A stretch of 64,000 nt of DNA, from assembly GCA_035644195.1 (NCBI GenBank), contig DASQOZ010000070.1:463-64462 (forward strand), written 5' to 3'. The translations under genes were made by a program, and so were the position numbers. Below the pieces are notes generated by a model. That model saw only the letters and a program-made list of their open reading frames with translations. It did not search any database and was not told where the DNA came from. Numbering within the stretch: position 1 is the first letter of the stretch; every line of letters begins with the position of its first letter. The DNA comes from Candidatus Methylomirabilota bacterium (GTDB taxonomy: Bacteria > Verrucomicrobiota > Verrucomicrobiia > Limisphaerales > UBA11358). Shown here in pieces: positions 16,975-25,671 of this stretch.

Positions 16975-17816
16975 AAATCCTGATAGCGAATCAATTCAAC
17001 CCCGAGTTTTTGCACAAGCTCTTTCACGCGCGGGCTGACCAGAGCATCCAACTCATGCTTAAATTCTCCCAGCGACGGATGCGAGTAAAGCTCCGAATCG
17101 CCGTCGGGCAAGTCCGGCAACAATTTCAAAATGTAATCTTCATCCACGCGCGCATTTTGCAAAAGGCCAAAAGTGATTTGCGCGTGGCGGATGTTTTTTC
17201 GCCCAAGCGATTTGCGCGCGCGGTTGGAAAGCCATTCGTAAATCGTCGCGTGGGAAATTTTGTAGAAGAGATGGCCATTGGAAATTTTGCGGCTGCGCGA
17301 AAGGCAATCGCGAGTGAGTCGTAAATAGCGGATGCCAAGCTTGTTCGCGTCTTCCATCAGGATTTTGAAAATGGTTGGATGCAAATGCAAATGCAAATGG
17401 CCGTTGACGTGGTCAAGCGGCAAGCCAGTTGCGTGAAATTTTTCAAATTGCGCATGGATTTCGGCGCGAAGCTGTTCGCGTAGGCTGCGTTTGAAAAAAT
17501 AATCCATTCCGACGCCGACCGGCGAATTGGAAAATTCGCCGCGCGAATTGACGAGGCCGGGAATTTTTCCCGGTAGCAGCGCGGAATGGCCTTGCAGTAA
17601 AGTCAGGTGCAAACCGACGCCGAGTTTTGGATTCTCTTTTGCCAGTTTTGCGGCTTCGTCGAAACCAGATTCATTCACCATCAAACTGGCACTGGTCAAA
17701 ATGCCGTCGCGATGCGCGCAGATGACGGCTTCGTTGACAGAATACGAGAGGCCGAAGTCATCGGCATTGACGATGAGGCGACAAGCAGGTTTCGGATTTG
17801 AAAGGATGGCAGGCAT
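16971..17816 (-). CDS. YdjC/ChbG-family deacetylase (HpnK-like)
   Basis: The internal ATG at 17816 avoids overlap with the upstream gene. LIVNADDFGLSYSVNEAVICAHRDGILTSASLMVN is the YdjC signature. Confidence 0.7.
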   Translation of the reverse strand: MPAILSNPKPACRLIVNADDFGLSYSVNEAVICAHRDGILTSASLMVNESGFDEAAKLAKENPKLGVGLHLTLLQGHSALLPGKIPGLVNSRGEFSNSPVGVGMDYFFKRSLREQLRAEIHAQFEKFHATGLPLDHVNGHLHLHLHPTIFKILMEDANKLGIRYLRLTRDCLSRSRKISNGHLFYKISHATIYEWLSNRARKSLGRKNIRHAQITFGLLQNARVDEDYILKLLPDLPDGDSELYSHPSLGEFKHELDALVSPRVKELVQKLGVELIRYQDL

Positions 17817-17827
17817 CTGAATAAAAA

Positions 17828-18700
17828 TTACGGCGTTCCGTAATTTGAAGTTTTTGCGCATAACACAAATCGCAGCCACGATTGAAAAATCAGCGCGAGC
17901 TTGTGCGGCTTGGACAATTTCAGCGGCTGCGCGCCGAAGACATCGAAGCGATTGCGCTCAAGCTTTTGCAGCAATTGCCAATAGACCGAACCCATCAATT
18001 CGGCGGCGACCATTGATTTGCGATCTTCGTCGGGCAGGGTAAGCCGCGCCAATCCGTAAAATGCGCGGGCGCGGTCGGCGATGTGCGAGGCAAGTTGATG
18101 AAACTGTTCCGAATATTCGTGCCGCAAAATGTTTTCTTCGCTGACGCCAAATTTTTTCAATTCACTTTGCGGCAGATAAATCCGTCCGCGTTCGGCGTCG
18201 GTTTTCACGTCGCGCAAAATGTTCGTCAGTTGCAACGCCTTGCCGAGATAAATGGCGTAATCACGGGTCGCAGGATTTGTGTGGCCAAAAATTTCGATGC
18301 TTAACAAGCCGACGACGGACGCGACGCGATGGCAATAGAGTTCCAACTGCTCGAAATTTTCGTAGCGTTTCGTGTCCAAATCCATTTCACAACCTTTGAT
18401 GAGTTCGTCGAACAATTCAAATCGAAGGCCGAACTTTTGAATGACCGGCTGGAATTCCTGATTCACAGGAAATTGCGGCAAACCGCTTTCGCAGGCGAGT
18501 TTCACATCAGCACGCCATTCGGCGAGTTGGGCGCGGCGCTTTTCTGCCGGAATCGTTTCGTCGTCGGCGACATCGTCCACTTCGCGGCAAAAGGCATAGA
18601 GCGCGGACATGGCGTCGCGTTTGGATTTTGGCAAAAGGACAAAAGCGAGCGCGAGATTGGACGCGCTTTTTTTTGTGATGGCGCGGCTGTGTTGCATCAC
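17828..18700 (-). CDS. Squalene/phytoene synthase family protein (HpnD/HpnC-like)
   Basis: First Asp-rich motif YAFCREVDDVADD and second region NILRDVKTDAERGRIYLP. Confidence 0.8.
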   Translation of the reverse strand: MMQHSRAITKKSASNLALAFVLLPKSKRDAMSALYAFCREVDDVADDETIPAEKRRAQLAEWRADVKLACESGLPQFPVNQEFQPVIQKFGLRFELFDELIKGCEMDLDTKRYENFEQLELYCHRVASVVGLLSIEIFGHTNPATRDYAIYLGKALQLTNILRDVKTDAERGRIYLPQSELKKFGVSEENILRHEYSEQFHQLASHIADRARAFYGLARLTLPDEDRKSMVAAELMGSVYWQLLQKLERNRFDVFGAQPLKLSKPHKLALIFQSWLRFVLCAKTSNYGTP

Positions 18701-18945
18701 GGTTGCGGCGTTGATCCGTCGGATTTTTCCCCTTCACGGATGGGCGGCAGTCCACCGGTTTCCGCCAAAGTCGGGTTGAGGGAGCGGCGCTTGTCCCGAT
18801 GAATCCGCTTTCGCTTCCGACGGTTTTTGTGGAAAAACATAAACCAAACCAATGCCAGCACCGATGCAAGCACCACGGCTCCAAGCATGATAAAAAAACT
18901 TATCCATGCAGGCGAAAAACTTGTGGCTGCGGGAATCTCGTCCAT
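18697..18945 (-). CDS. Hypothetical small single-pass membrane protein
   Basis: 82 aa with one TM helix followed by a KNRRKRKRIHRDKRR basic patch. It fills the gap between the regulator and the synthase exactly, with a 4-nt overlap downstream. Confidence 0.3.
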   Translation of the reverse strand: MDEIPAATSFSPAWISFFIMLGAVVLASVLALVWFMFFHKNRRKRKRIHRDKRRSLNPTLAETGGLPPIREGEKSDGSTPQP

Positions 18946-18950
18946 ATCAA

Positions 18951-20354
18951 TTAATTTTCATTTGGGTTTTCGGCGACGTTCATGCCGAGCCGCTGCATTC
19001 GATAGCGAAGCGAATGACGCGTGAGTTGGAGCCGTTCGGCGGCGCGCGTGAGATTGAAATCGCTTTGTTGAAGCGCGCCGTTGATCAAATCCCGCTCGAT
19101 TCGCGCCAACGCATCGTCCAACGGCTCGTTTGACGGGGGCGGAACAGCCGCTGTTTTTTGCAAACGCGATTCGATCTGAAAATCGGGCAGGCTGGCCGCT
19201 TGAATTTCCCGGGTAGTCTCCAAAATCAACGCGCGTTCGATGACGTTGCGAAGTTCGCGGACATTGCCCGGCCAATGATGCGAAAGCAATTTTTGCCGCG
19301 CGCCGGAAGCGATGCCGCCGACATTTTTGTTCATGGCGGCGCAAAATGTTTTCAAAAAATGTTCCGCCAAAAGCAAAACGTCGTCGCCACGCTCGCGCAA
19401 TGGCGGCAACCGGAATTGCACGACGTTGAGGCGATGAAACAAATCTTCCCGAAAATCACCGGAGGCGATGGCCTGCGTAATATCACGATTTGTCGCGGCG
19501 ATGAACCGGACATTGACGCGCAACTCTTGCGTGCCACCGACGCGGGTGAACGAGCCGTCCTCCAAAAACCGCAGCAGTTTTGCCTGAAGCGGTTTGCTCA
19601 TGTCGGCGATTTCATCGAGAAAAATCGTGCCGCCATCGGCTTCCTCGACGCGACCGGACTTTTGTTTCAATGCGCCGGTGAACGCGCCTTTTTCATGGCC
19701 GAACAATTCGCTTTCCAGAAGTGTTTCGGGAATCGCGGCGCAATTGATGCGGACATAATTGGCATCGCGGCGGCGGCTCAAGCCATGAAGCGCGCCGGCG
19801 ACCAATTCTTTTCCCGTGCCGCTTTCGCCGAGAATCAAAACGCGCGCGTCGGTCGGCGCGACGGTTTGAATCAGTTTCCGCAAGTCTCGAATTTTTTCGG
19901 ATTCGCCGACGATTGGATCGAGGCTGAAAATTTCGCCGGCACGCGAGCGGAGCGCGGCATTTTCGCGCAACAGCCGATAACGTTCGGCGCAACGAGCGAC
20001 AGCATGAAGTAATTCTTCGGGTGCAAACGGCTTGGCGAGATAATCCATCGCACCGGCTTGAATCGCTTCGACGGCAAGTTTTGGCGTCGCGTAAGCCGTG
20101 AGCATGAGCGCGGGCAACTCCGGCCATTGCGCGCGGATTTTCCGCAAAAAATCATAGCCGTTCATGCCGCCGAGTCGCGCGTCGGTGATGACCATTAAAA
20201 ATTCCTCGCTTTCCAAAAGAGCGAGCGCTTCCTCGGCGGATTCGACGATGCGCACGGCATGGTCTTCGTCCTTGAGCATTGTTTGCAAGGACGCGCGCAT
20301 ATTTTTTTCGTCATCCACGACGAGGACGGGCGGCAGCGGAGAGTTCGATTTCAT
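18951..20354 (-). CDS. Sigma-54-dependent response regulator (NtrC family)
   Basis: Receiver domain VLVVDDE...D, AAA+ domain with GESGTGKE and GAFTGA, and a C-terminal HTH. Confidence 0.9.
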   Translation of the reverse strand: MKSNSPLPPVLVVDDEKNMRASLQTMLKDEDHAVRIVESAEEALALLESEEFLMVITDARLGGMNGYDFLRKIRAQWPELPALMLTAYATPKLAVEAIQAGAMDYLAKPFAPEELLHAVARCAERYRLLRENAALRSRAGEIFSLDPIVGESEKIRDLRKLIQTVAPTDARVLILGESGTGKELVAGALHGLSRRRDANYVRINCAAIPETLLESELFGHEKGAFTGALKQKSGRVEEADGGTIFLDEIADMSKPLQAKLLRFLEDGSFTRVGGTQELRVNVRFIAATNRDITQAIASGDFREDLFHRLNVVQFRLPPLRERGDDVLLLAEHFLKTFCAAMNKNVGGIASGARQKLLSHHWPGNVRELRNVIERALILETTREIQAASLPDFQIESRLQKTAAVPPPSNEPLDDALARIERDLINGALQQSDFNLTRAAERLQLTRHSLRYRMQRLGMNVAENPNEN

Positions 20355-20355
20355 T

Positions 20356-21744
20356 CTATCGCGCCAGCCTGACGGCTGCTTTTGCAGGAAATGTTAGAAC
20401 AAATCGTGCGCCTTTTCCAAGCTCTGATTCCACGCGCACGGTGCCGCCATAAAGTTCCATGTTGTGTTTGACGATGGCGAGGCCAAGGCCGGTGCCTTTT
20501 TCTTTGGTGGTGTAATACGCCTCAAAAATCCGTTCGATTTTGTTCGGCGCGATTCCCGCCCCGTCGTCACGAACGGAAATTTCGACGGAATAGTCGCGAC
20601 GACATTCCGCAGCAATAAAAATATTCCCATTGTCGCCGAGCGTTTCCCGCGCGTTTTGAAGGAGGTTGACAAAAATTTCCGACAAATGGCGGCGCTGCAT
20701 GAGCAACGGCGGAAAACTGCGGCCATATTCGCGATGAATTTTTATTTGTGTCGGCACTGCCGGGGGGAAAACCTGCGCAACAGCGCGATTCAATTCCTCG
20801 ACGACGTTAAGTTTTTCGACGCGGCCTTCGCTCAATTGGGCGTAACCCATGATTTGCGTGATGGCGCGGTCGGCCCGCTCGACCTCTTCCTGGATGATTT
20901 CAATTTGTTGCGCGGAATTATTTTTTCCATCTTGCAACGAACGTTTCAGCGAAAACGCCGCGTTGTTGATCACGGCCAGTGGATTTTTGATTTGATGCGC
21001 GAATTCGGCGGCGAGGCGGCCTGCGGAGCGCAACTGGCTTTCGCGCGCGGCAAATTCGTTTGCTTCCGTTATGGCCAACTCCTGGCGTTCCAGCAACAAT
21101 TGCATACCGTAGCAACTGGCCGTCGTGAGCAGCAAAACCACCAGCCGCAACACAAAGGGTTCGCCCAAATTGTCGCGCGGATTTATATCCAGCGCGAGCA
21201 GCGTCGTGTCATCAAGGCTGCTGGCGGCGGAAATATCCAGCACGCCCACCAGCACATAACATAAACTCACGGCTACGTTCAGGGACACTTGCGAAAAACT
21301 CGGCGGCACGCTGACCGAATTGCGGACGATCAATGCAACGAACAGCCAGAACAAAATACTGTCCAATCCGCCGCTCAACAGCGCCAGCGCGGCGATCAAC
21401 AACGCATCCACCAAACCGCTTGTCACCACCGTCCATTGCACCAATGCCAGCGGCATCCGCTCCGCCGCCAGCAAAACGGCGGCAAAAAAAACATTCGCGA
21501 GGATATAAAACCAAAAAATGAACTGCACCGTTTCTGCCATCACGTCCCGCATGCTCAACGTCAGGCCGAACCAACGGGTGGACTCGAAAGAATATAAGAT
21601 CATCCCGATGAACACCATTTTGACCGGCAGCATGATGTTCCGCTCCATGATTTCAATGCGGCGGAGCAGGCGCGCCGGATTGGGCGCCGGAATTTCGAAC
21701 AGCGCAGGCAACCGTTTCAGCCACTGTGCATGGCTTGGTTTCAT
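20356..21744 (-). CDS. Sensor histidine kinase with polytopic membrane N-terminal domain
   Basis: About 6 TM helices, then H-box EFAHQIKNPLAV, followed by N/G boxes (GTGLGLAIV). Confidence 0.85.
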   Translation of the reverse strand: MKPSHAQWLKRLPALFEIPAPNPARLLRRIEIMERNIMLPVKMVFIGMILYSFESTRWFGLTLSMRDVMAETVQFIFWFYILANVFFAAVLLAAERMPLALVQWTVVTSGLVDALLIAALALLSGGLDSILFWLFVALIVRNSVSVPPSFSQVSLNVAVSLCYVLVGVLDISAASSLDDTTLLALDINPRDNLGEPFVLRLVVLLLTTASCYGMQLLLERQELAITEANEFAARESQLRSAGRLAAEFAHQIKNPLAVINNAAFSLKRSLQDGKNNSAQQIEIIQEEVERADRAITQIMGYAQLSEGRVEKLNVVEELNRAVAQVFPPAVPTQIKIHREYGRSFPPLLMQRRHLSEIFVNLLQNARETLGDNGNIFIAAECRRDYSVEISVRDDGAGIAPNKIERIFEAYYTTKEKGTGLGLAIVKHNMELYGGTVRVESELGKGARFVLTFPAKAAVRLAR

Positions 21745-21769
21745 AACATTTTCACCGCGAAGAAAAATT

Positions 21770-22318
21770 TTAACGCGCCAGTTTCAATGTGCGTTCGGCA
21801 ATTTTTTCCACCGGCCACAAACGGCCAATACCTTCGTAGCCGCACGACAGCATTCCTTCATCCGGACCAATAAATTTCGCGCCGCGTTTCTTGAGCGTCG
21901 CGACATTTGCCCGCGTCGCCGGATGCAGCCACATTTTGCCGTTCATCGCTGGTGCGATCAAAAATTTTGCCTTTGGATTCAACGCCAGCGCGATGCAAGT
22001 CAGCGCGTCATCGGCAAAACCATTCGCCATTTTTGCGATCACATTCGCCGTCGCTGGCGCGACCAAAAACAAATCAGCTTCGTCCGCCAAACGAATGTGC
22101 GCTGGTTGCCAGCCTTGTTCCTCGTCATAAAGATTGGTGACAACGGGATTGCGCGTGAGCGTCTTGAATGGCAGCGGCGTGATGAAATGCTGCGCATCGG
22201 TAGTCATCACCACGCGCACGTCGCATTTCGCCTTCGTGAGCAACGACGCCAAATCCGCTGCTTTGTGTGCGGCGATCGAGCCGGTCACGCCGAGAACGAT
22301 TTTTTTTGAAACACTCAT
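21770..22318 (-). CDS. coaC: Phosphopantothenoylcysteine decarboxylase-type flavoprotein (CoaC domain only)
   Basis: KIVLGVTGSIAAHKA and PAMNGKMW motifs. At 182 aa there is no CoaB domain. Confidence 0.75.
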   Translation of the reverse strand: MSVSKKIVLGVTGSIAAHKAADLASLLTKAKCDVRVVMTTDAQHFITPLPFKTLTRNPVVTNLYDEEQGWQPAHIRLADEADLFLVAPATANVIAKMANGFADDALTCIALALNPKAKFLIAPAMNGKMWLHPATRANVATLKKRGAKFIGPDEGMLSCGYEGIGRLWPVEKIAERTLKLAR

Positions 22319-22332
22319 GTTGCAATTCTAAT

Positions 22333-22992
22333 TCAAAACTCCGGCGGTTGCGAACGCGCCGAGCGCATTTTTTCCGCCTCGATGATCGCCATCGTCCGCC
22401 GCAAATCTTCCTGCTTCGTCGTGCTCAACAAAAGATAATCGAAATTTTTCCACTGCGCGATTTCCTGCCGCGCAACGGCGAGACGTTTTTGAATCTCCTT
22501 CTCGCCGTCCGAATTGCGCTTTTTCAACCGCTCTTCCAATACCGTCAGCGGCGTCGGCGTCAGAAAAACCGTGACCAGCGCGCGTTTCAATTCCGGCTCG
22601 CTTTCCGCCTGTTCGCGGATCGTCGCCGCGCCCTGCACGTCCACGTTCAGCAACACATCCTTGCCCATACGTAATTTGCCGAGCAGTTCCGATTTCAAAA
22701 TGCCGTAGCTATTGCCGTAAACCGTCGCGTGTTCGAGGAAATTTCCCGCGTGCAACCGCTTCAAAAATTCCGACGCGTCAAAAAAATGATAATCCACGCC
22801 GTCCTTTTCGCCGGGACGCGGCGCGCGCGTCGTGCAGGTGATCGCGCGCGTCATGTCCGGTCGCGCGCGAAGCAATTGCTGGCAAAGCGTCGTCTTGCCG
22901 CCGCCCGACGGCGCGGAAATCAAAATCAACAGCGGCGCAGAATTTTTTTTATTCTGGCTTCTGGTTTCTGGCTTCTGGTTCCCGTTTTTCAT
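22333..22992 (-). CDS. gmk: Guanylate kinase with repeat-derived N-terminal extension
   Basis: The ATG at 22992 makes an ATGA overlap with the yicC stop. P-loop SAPSGGGKTT. The first roughly 15 aa, MKNGNQKPETRSQNKK, are encoded by a heptamer repeat. Confidence 0.85.
   Translation of the reverse strand: MKNGNQKPETRSQNKKNSAPLLILISAPSGGGKTTLCQQLLRARPDMTRAITCTTRAPRPGEKDGVDYHFFDASEFLKRLHAGNFLEHATVYGNSYGILKSELLGKLRMGKDVLLNVDVQGAATIREQAESEPELKRALVTVFLTPTPLTVLEERLKKRNSDGEKEIQKRLAVARQEIAQWKNFDYLLLSTTKQEDLRRTMAIIEAEKMRSARSQPPEF
22952..22979. repeat. Heptanucleotide tandem repeat (TTCTGGY x4) in gmk 5' end
   Basis: ttctggc ttctggt ttctggc ttctggt on the + strand, which is CCAGAAR on the coding strand. 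Confidence 0.8.
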
Positions 22993-23870
22993 TCCACGTT
23001 TTGCACTTGCTCCCGAAATCTTTCCAATTCTGTTTTCAGCGTCACGACCTCGCGCGAAATCACCGCGTCGTTCGCCTTCGAGCCGATTGTATTGATTTCG
23101 CGGTTCATTTCCTGCGCCAGAAAATCCAACGTGCGCCCGACCGGCTCGCGCGATTTCCGGCAATCTTCAAATTGTTTGAAATGACTTTGCAGCCGCGTCA
23201 ATTCCTCCGAAATGTCCGAACGATCCGCGAATAAGACAATTTCCTTCAACAACCGCTCGTCATCCGGCGCAATGTTTTCAATTCCCGCGCTCTTGATGCG
23301 TTCGAGCAATTGCTTGCGATAATTTTCCGCCGTCTGCGGCGCTTGCTTCTGAACTTTTTCGACGCTTTGCCGCATGACTTCGATTCTCGTCGCTAAATCT
23401 TCTGCCAAATGCGCGCCTTCGCGTTCGCGCATTTTCACGAGCGACGCCAGAGCTGGTTTCAATGCCTTTTCCACGGCGGGCCAGATGCTTTCTGCCTCGA
23501 CCAATTCTTCATCCGTTTGAAAAACTCCCGGCGCGCGCAAAATCTGATCCAGCGAAACGCCGCCGGATAATTTCAATTGTTTCGCCAGCTTTGCTAATTC
23601 CTTCGCATAAGCCTCGGCGAGCGGTTTATTGATGTGCATCTGCGCGGACGATTTGCCTTCGGCGGCGTGGATGGCGATGCGCGCCGTTACGCGCCCGCGC
23701 GCGACCTGCGCATTGATGGCGTCGCGCACCTGCGATTCGAGCATCTCCAACTCGCGCGGCAGGTTCACGGAAATTTCGGATTGGCGGCGGTTGACCGCGC
23801 CCAGTTCGACGGTGATTTTGAAACCGTCCCGCGCGCATTCGCCGCGACCGTAACCCGTCATGGATTTCAT
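22989..23870 (-). CDS. yicC: YicC-family stress-induced protein
   Basis: The MKSMTGYGRGE start is typical of YicC, and the long helical middle region and C-terminal domain fit the family. The upstream part of the track ORF is ignored. Confidence 0.8.
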   Translation of the reverse strand: MKSMTGYGRGECARDGFKITVELGAVNRRQSEISVNLPRELEMLESQVRDAINAQVARGRVTARIAIHAAEGKSSAQMHINKPLAEAYAKELAKLAKQLKLSGGVSLDQILRAPGVFQTDEELVEAESIWPAVEKALKPALASLVKMREREGAHLAEDLATRIEVMRQSVEKVQKQAPQTAENYRKQLLERIKSAGIENIAPDDERLLKEIVLFADRSDISEELTRLQSHFKQFEDCRKSREPVGRTLDFLAQEMNREINTIGSKANDAVISREVVTLKTELERFREQVQNVE

Positions 23871-23985
23871 CCCGCGCAGTGTGCGAAAATTCCCCGCCGC
23901 AAGCGAATAAATTTTCAAAACGCGCTCGGCGATGTGAATTCAAATCAATCTGGACGCAATGAAAATGAAAGTTTAGCGTTCAAAC

Positions 23986-24789
23986 ATGAGCTTGGTATCC
24001 GACTACTACGTTTACGTTTATATCGATCCTCGTAACTACGAAGAATTCTATTACGGCAAAGGCTGTGGTAGCAGAAAAGATATTCATCTGGTGGACGCTG
24101 GCAAATCTCGGAAGGCATTGCGAATCGCCGACATTCGCAGTGCCGGTTGCGAGCCGATTGTTCGTGTCATCGCGCGCGGTTTGACGGAGGATCAAGCTTT
24201 ATTGGTTGAGGCAACACTTCTTTGGAAGCTCCGCAAGTTCACAACCAATGAAGTTGCTGGACATTTTTCCGACAGCTTCAGACCACACGACACATTTCAT
24301 CGCGACCTGCCAGGCTTTGATTTCCAGAATCGTCTTTACTATTTCAATGTTGGCGAATGTCACCGCAGAAATTGGGATGAGTGTCGTCGCTATAATTTTA
24401 TCTCGGCTGGCGGCGGCATTCGTTGGCGAGATGCTATTTCTGGCTTTCATCCCGGTGATGTCTTTGCAGCGTATCTCAAAGGACACGGATACGTTGGCAT
24501 TGGCCGCATACGAACCAAACCGCAACCAGCAAATCAGATTCTTATTCAGGGCAAGCCTCTTCTCACGTTATGCCCACAGATGGCGCTTGATTCTGATTCC
24601 GCCGAGAAGTCGGAGTATGTTGCGATTGTAGATTGGATTAAATCACTTCCCCGTGAAAAGGCACAGATGAAACGCAAATCAGGCATTTACACGACTACTC
24701 ATGTTCGTGCGTCTCTTGATGGGCAACCCGACACCGTCGCTTTTTTGGGCGAGGCATTTGATGTAAACTTCAACGATATTTTGGCTTAA
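23986..24789 (+). CDS. GIY-YIG nuclease domain protein with C-terminal PUA-like (EVE/ASCH-like) candidate domain
   Basis: N-terminus YYVYVYIDPRNYEEFYYGKGCGSR ... EATLLW gives the GIY, YIG, Arg and Glu positions. The C-terminus NWDECRRYNFISAGGG...FHPGDVFAAYLKGHGYVGIGRI resembles EVE-type folds, by motif only. The gene is AT-rich. Confidence 0.55.
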   Translation: MSLVSDYYVYVYIDPRNYEEFYYGKGCGSRKDIHLVDAGKSRKALRIADIRSAGCEPIVRVIARGLTEDQALLVEATLLWKLRKFTTNEVAGHFSDSFRPHDTFHRDLPGFDFQNRLYYFNVGECHRRNWDECRRYNFISAGGGIRWRDAISGFHPGDVFAAYLKGHGYVGIGRIRTKPQPANQILIQGKPLLTLCPQMALDSDSAEKSEYVAIVDWIKSLPREKAQMKRKSGIYTTTHVRASLDGQPDTVAFLGEAFDVNFNDILA

Positions 24790-24805
24790 TTTTTATCCGC
24801 AATAA

Positions 24806-24866
24806 TTTCAACGCTGCCAGAAAATCCTTCGACAGCGGCGCTTCAAATTTCACCGGCCTTTTCGTG
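24806..24866 (-). pseudogene. Remnant of RluA/RluD-family pseudouridine synthase 3' end (direct repeat copy 1)
   Basis: The minus-strand reading is KRPVKFEAPLSKDFLAALKLL. It resembles the Rlu C-terminus (HP-TG-x-x-FEAPLP-D). It is a repeat of 25466-25526, with a 26/27 identical core. Confidence 0.45.
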
Positions 24867-24870
24867 CGTT

Positions 24871-25185
24871 TTAATTTTGTTTCAATTCTTCAATCAGTCC
24901 CGAAGCCAAAAGCTGCTCGAACAATTCATAGACCACCGGTCGGAAATTGATAAACACGCAAAAAATCACGCGCTCGCCGCGAACGGATTCCGCCTTGAAA
25001 ATCACCCGGTTGCGCCCGACCCGCAGCCGCGAATATCCAGCCAGCCGTCCTTCAAGCTGTTTCAAGTCGCCCATGTCTTTTTCCAGCCCTTTGATTCCAG
25101 CACTCAACACGCGTTTCGGTGACGGCGAAAGAGCTTTGATAAAATTTTCCGCGAATGGACCGATTTTTATTTTAGTCCTCATCAA
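24871..25185 (-). CDS. Type II toxin, RelE/ParE superfamily
   Basis: 104 aa with GYSRLRVGRNRVIFKA...VIFCVFINFRPVVYE, the typical RelE/ParE core. It overlaps the antitoxin gene by 14 nt. Confidence 0.7.
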   Translation of the reverse strand: MMRTKIKIGPFAENFIKALSPSPKRVLSAGIKGLEKDMGDLKQLEGRLAGYSRLRVGRNRVIFKAESVRGERVIFCVFINFRPVVYELFEQLLASGLIEELKQN

Positions 25186-25420
25186 AAACTTCGTCGAAAT
25201 CTTTGAATTTCATTTTGCCCGACTCGTAATCTTCCAGCGCCTTGAGGAATTTTTTATCGCCCAGCAATTCCATCGTCTCGATCATCGCTTCGATCCGGTC
25301 TTTGGAAAGATAAACGCCGACGACTTTGCCGTGCCGTGAAATGGCAAAGCTGTCCCGCTTGAGCAGCCGAGGCAGATTGGCCTGCGCTTCCGTCACATTC
25401 ACTGTAGATTCACTCTTCAT
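25172..25420 (-). CDS. Type II antitoxin, Phd/YefM family
   Basis: 82 aa with VNVTEAQANLPRLLKR...ISRHGKVVGVYLS and an acidic C-terminus. Confidence 0.75.
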   Translation of the reverse strand: MKSESTVNVTEAQANLPRLLKRDSFAISRHGKVVGVYLSKDRIEAMIETMELLGDKKFLKALEDYESGKMKFKDFDEVFDED

Positions 25421-25432
25421 TAACTGTATAAT

Positions 25433-25621
25433 TCATCGCTTTGTGGATTTGGTCAAGCGGAGAAACTTCAACGCATCGCGAAAATCCTTCGGCAGCGGCG
25501 CTTCAAACGTCATTTCCTTTTTTCGCGCGTGCAGCATCACGCGCGGCACGCCGGCGTAATCGCGTCTGCGGCCACCTTGCCGGGATTTGTTCAAAGAAAT
25601 TTTTTGCAAAAATGTGGCATC
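25433..25621 (-). pseudogene. Remnant of RluA/RluD-family pseudouridine synthase C-terminus (direct repeat copy 2)
   Basis: The open minus-strand frame reads ...GRRRDYAGVPRVMLHARKKEMTFEAPLPKDFRDALKFLRLTKSTKR*. The LHA and FEAPLPxDF motifs are present with an internal deletion. No catalytic domain lies upstream. Confidence 0.45.
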
Positions 25622-25671
25622 TCAATTGCAAATGAATCAAAAATTCGAGATGCTCTGGCTTCGATTTTGAA

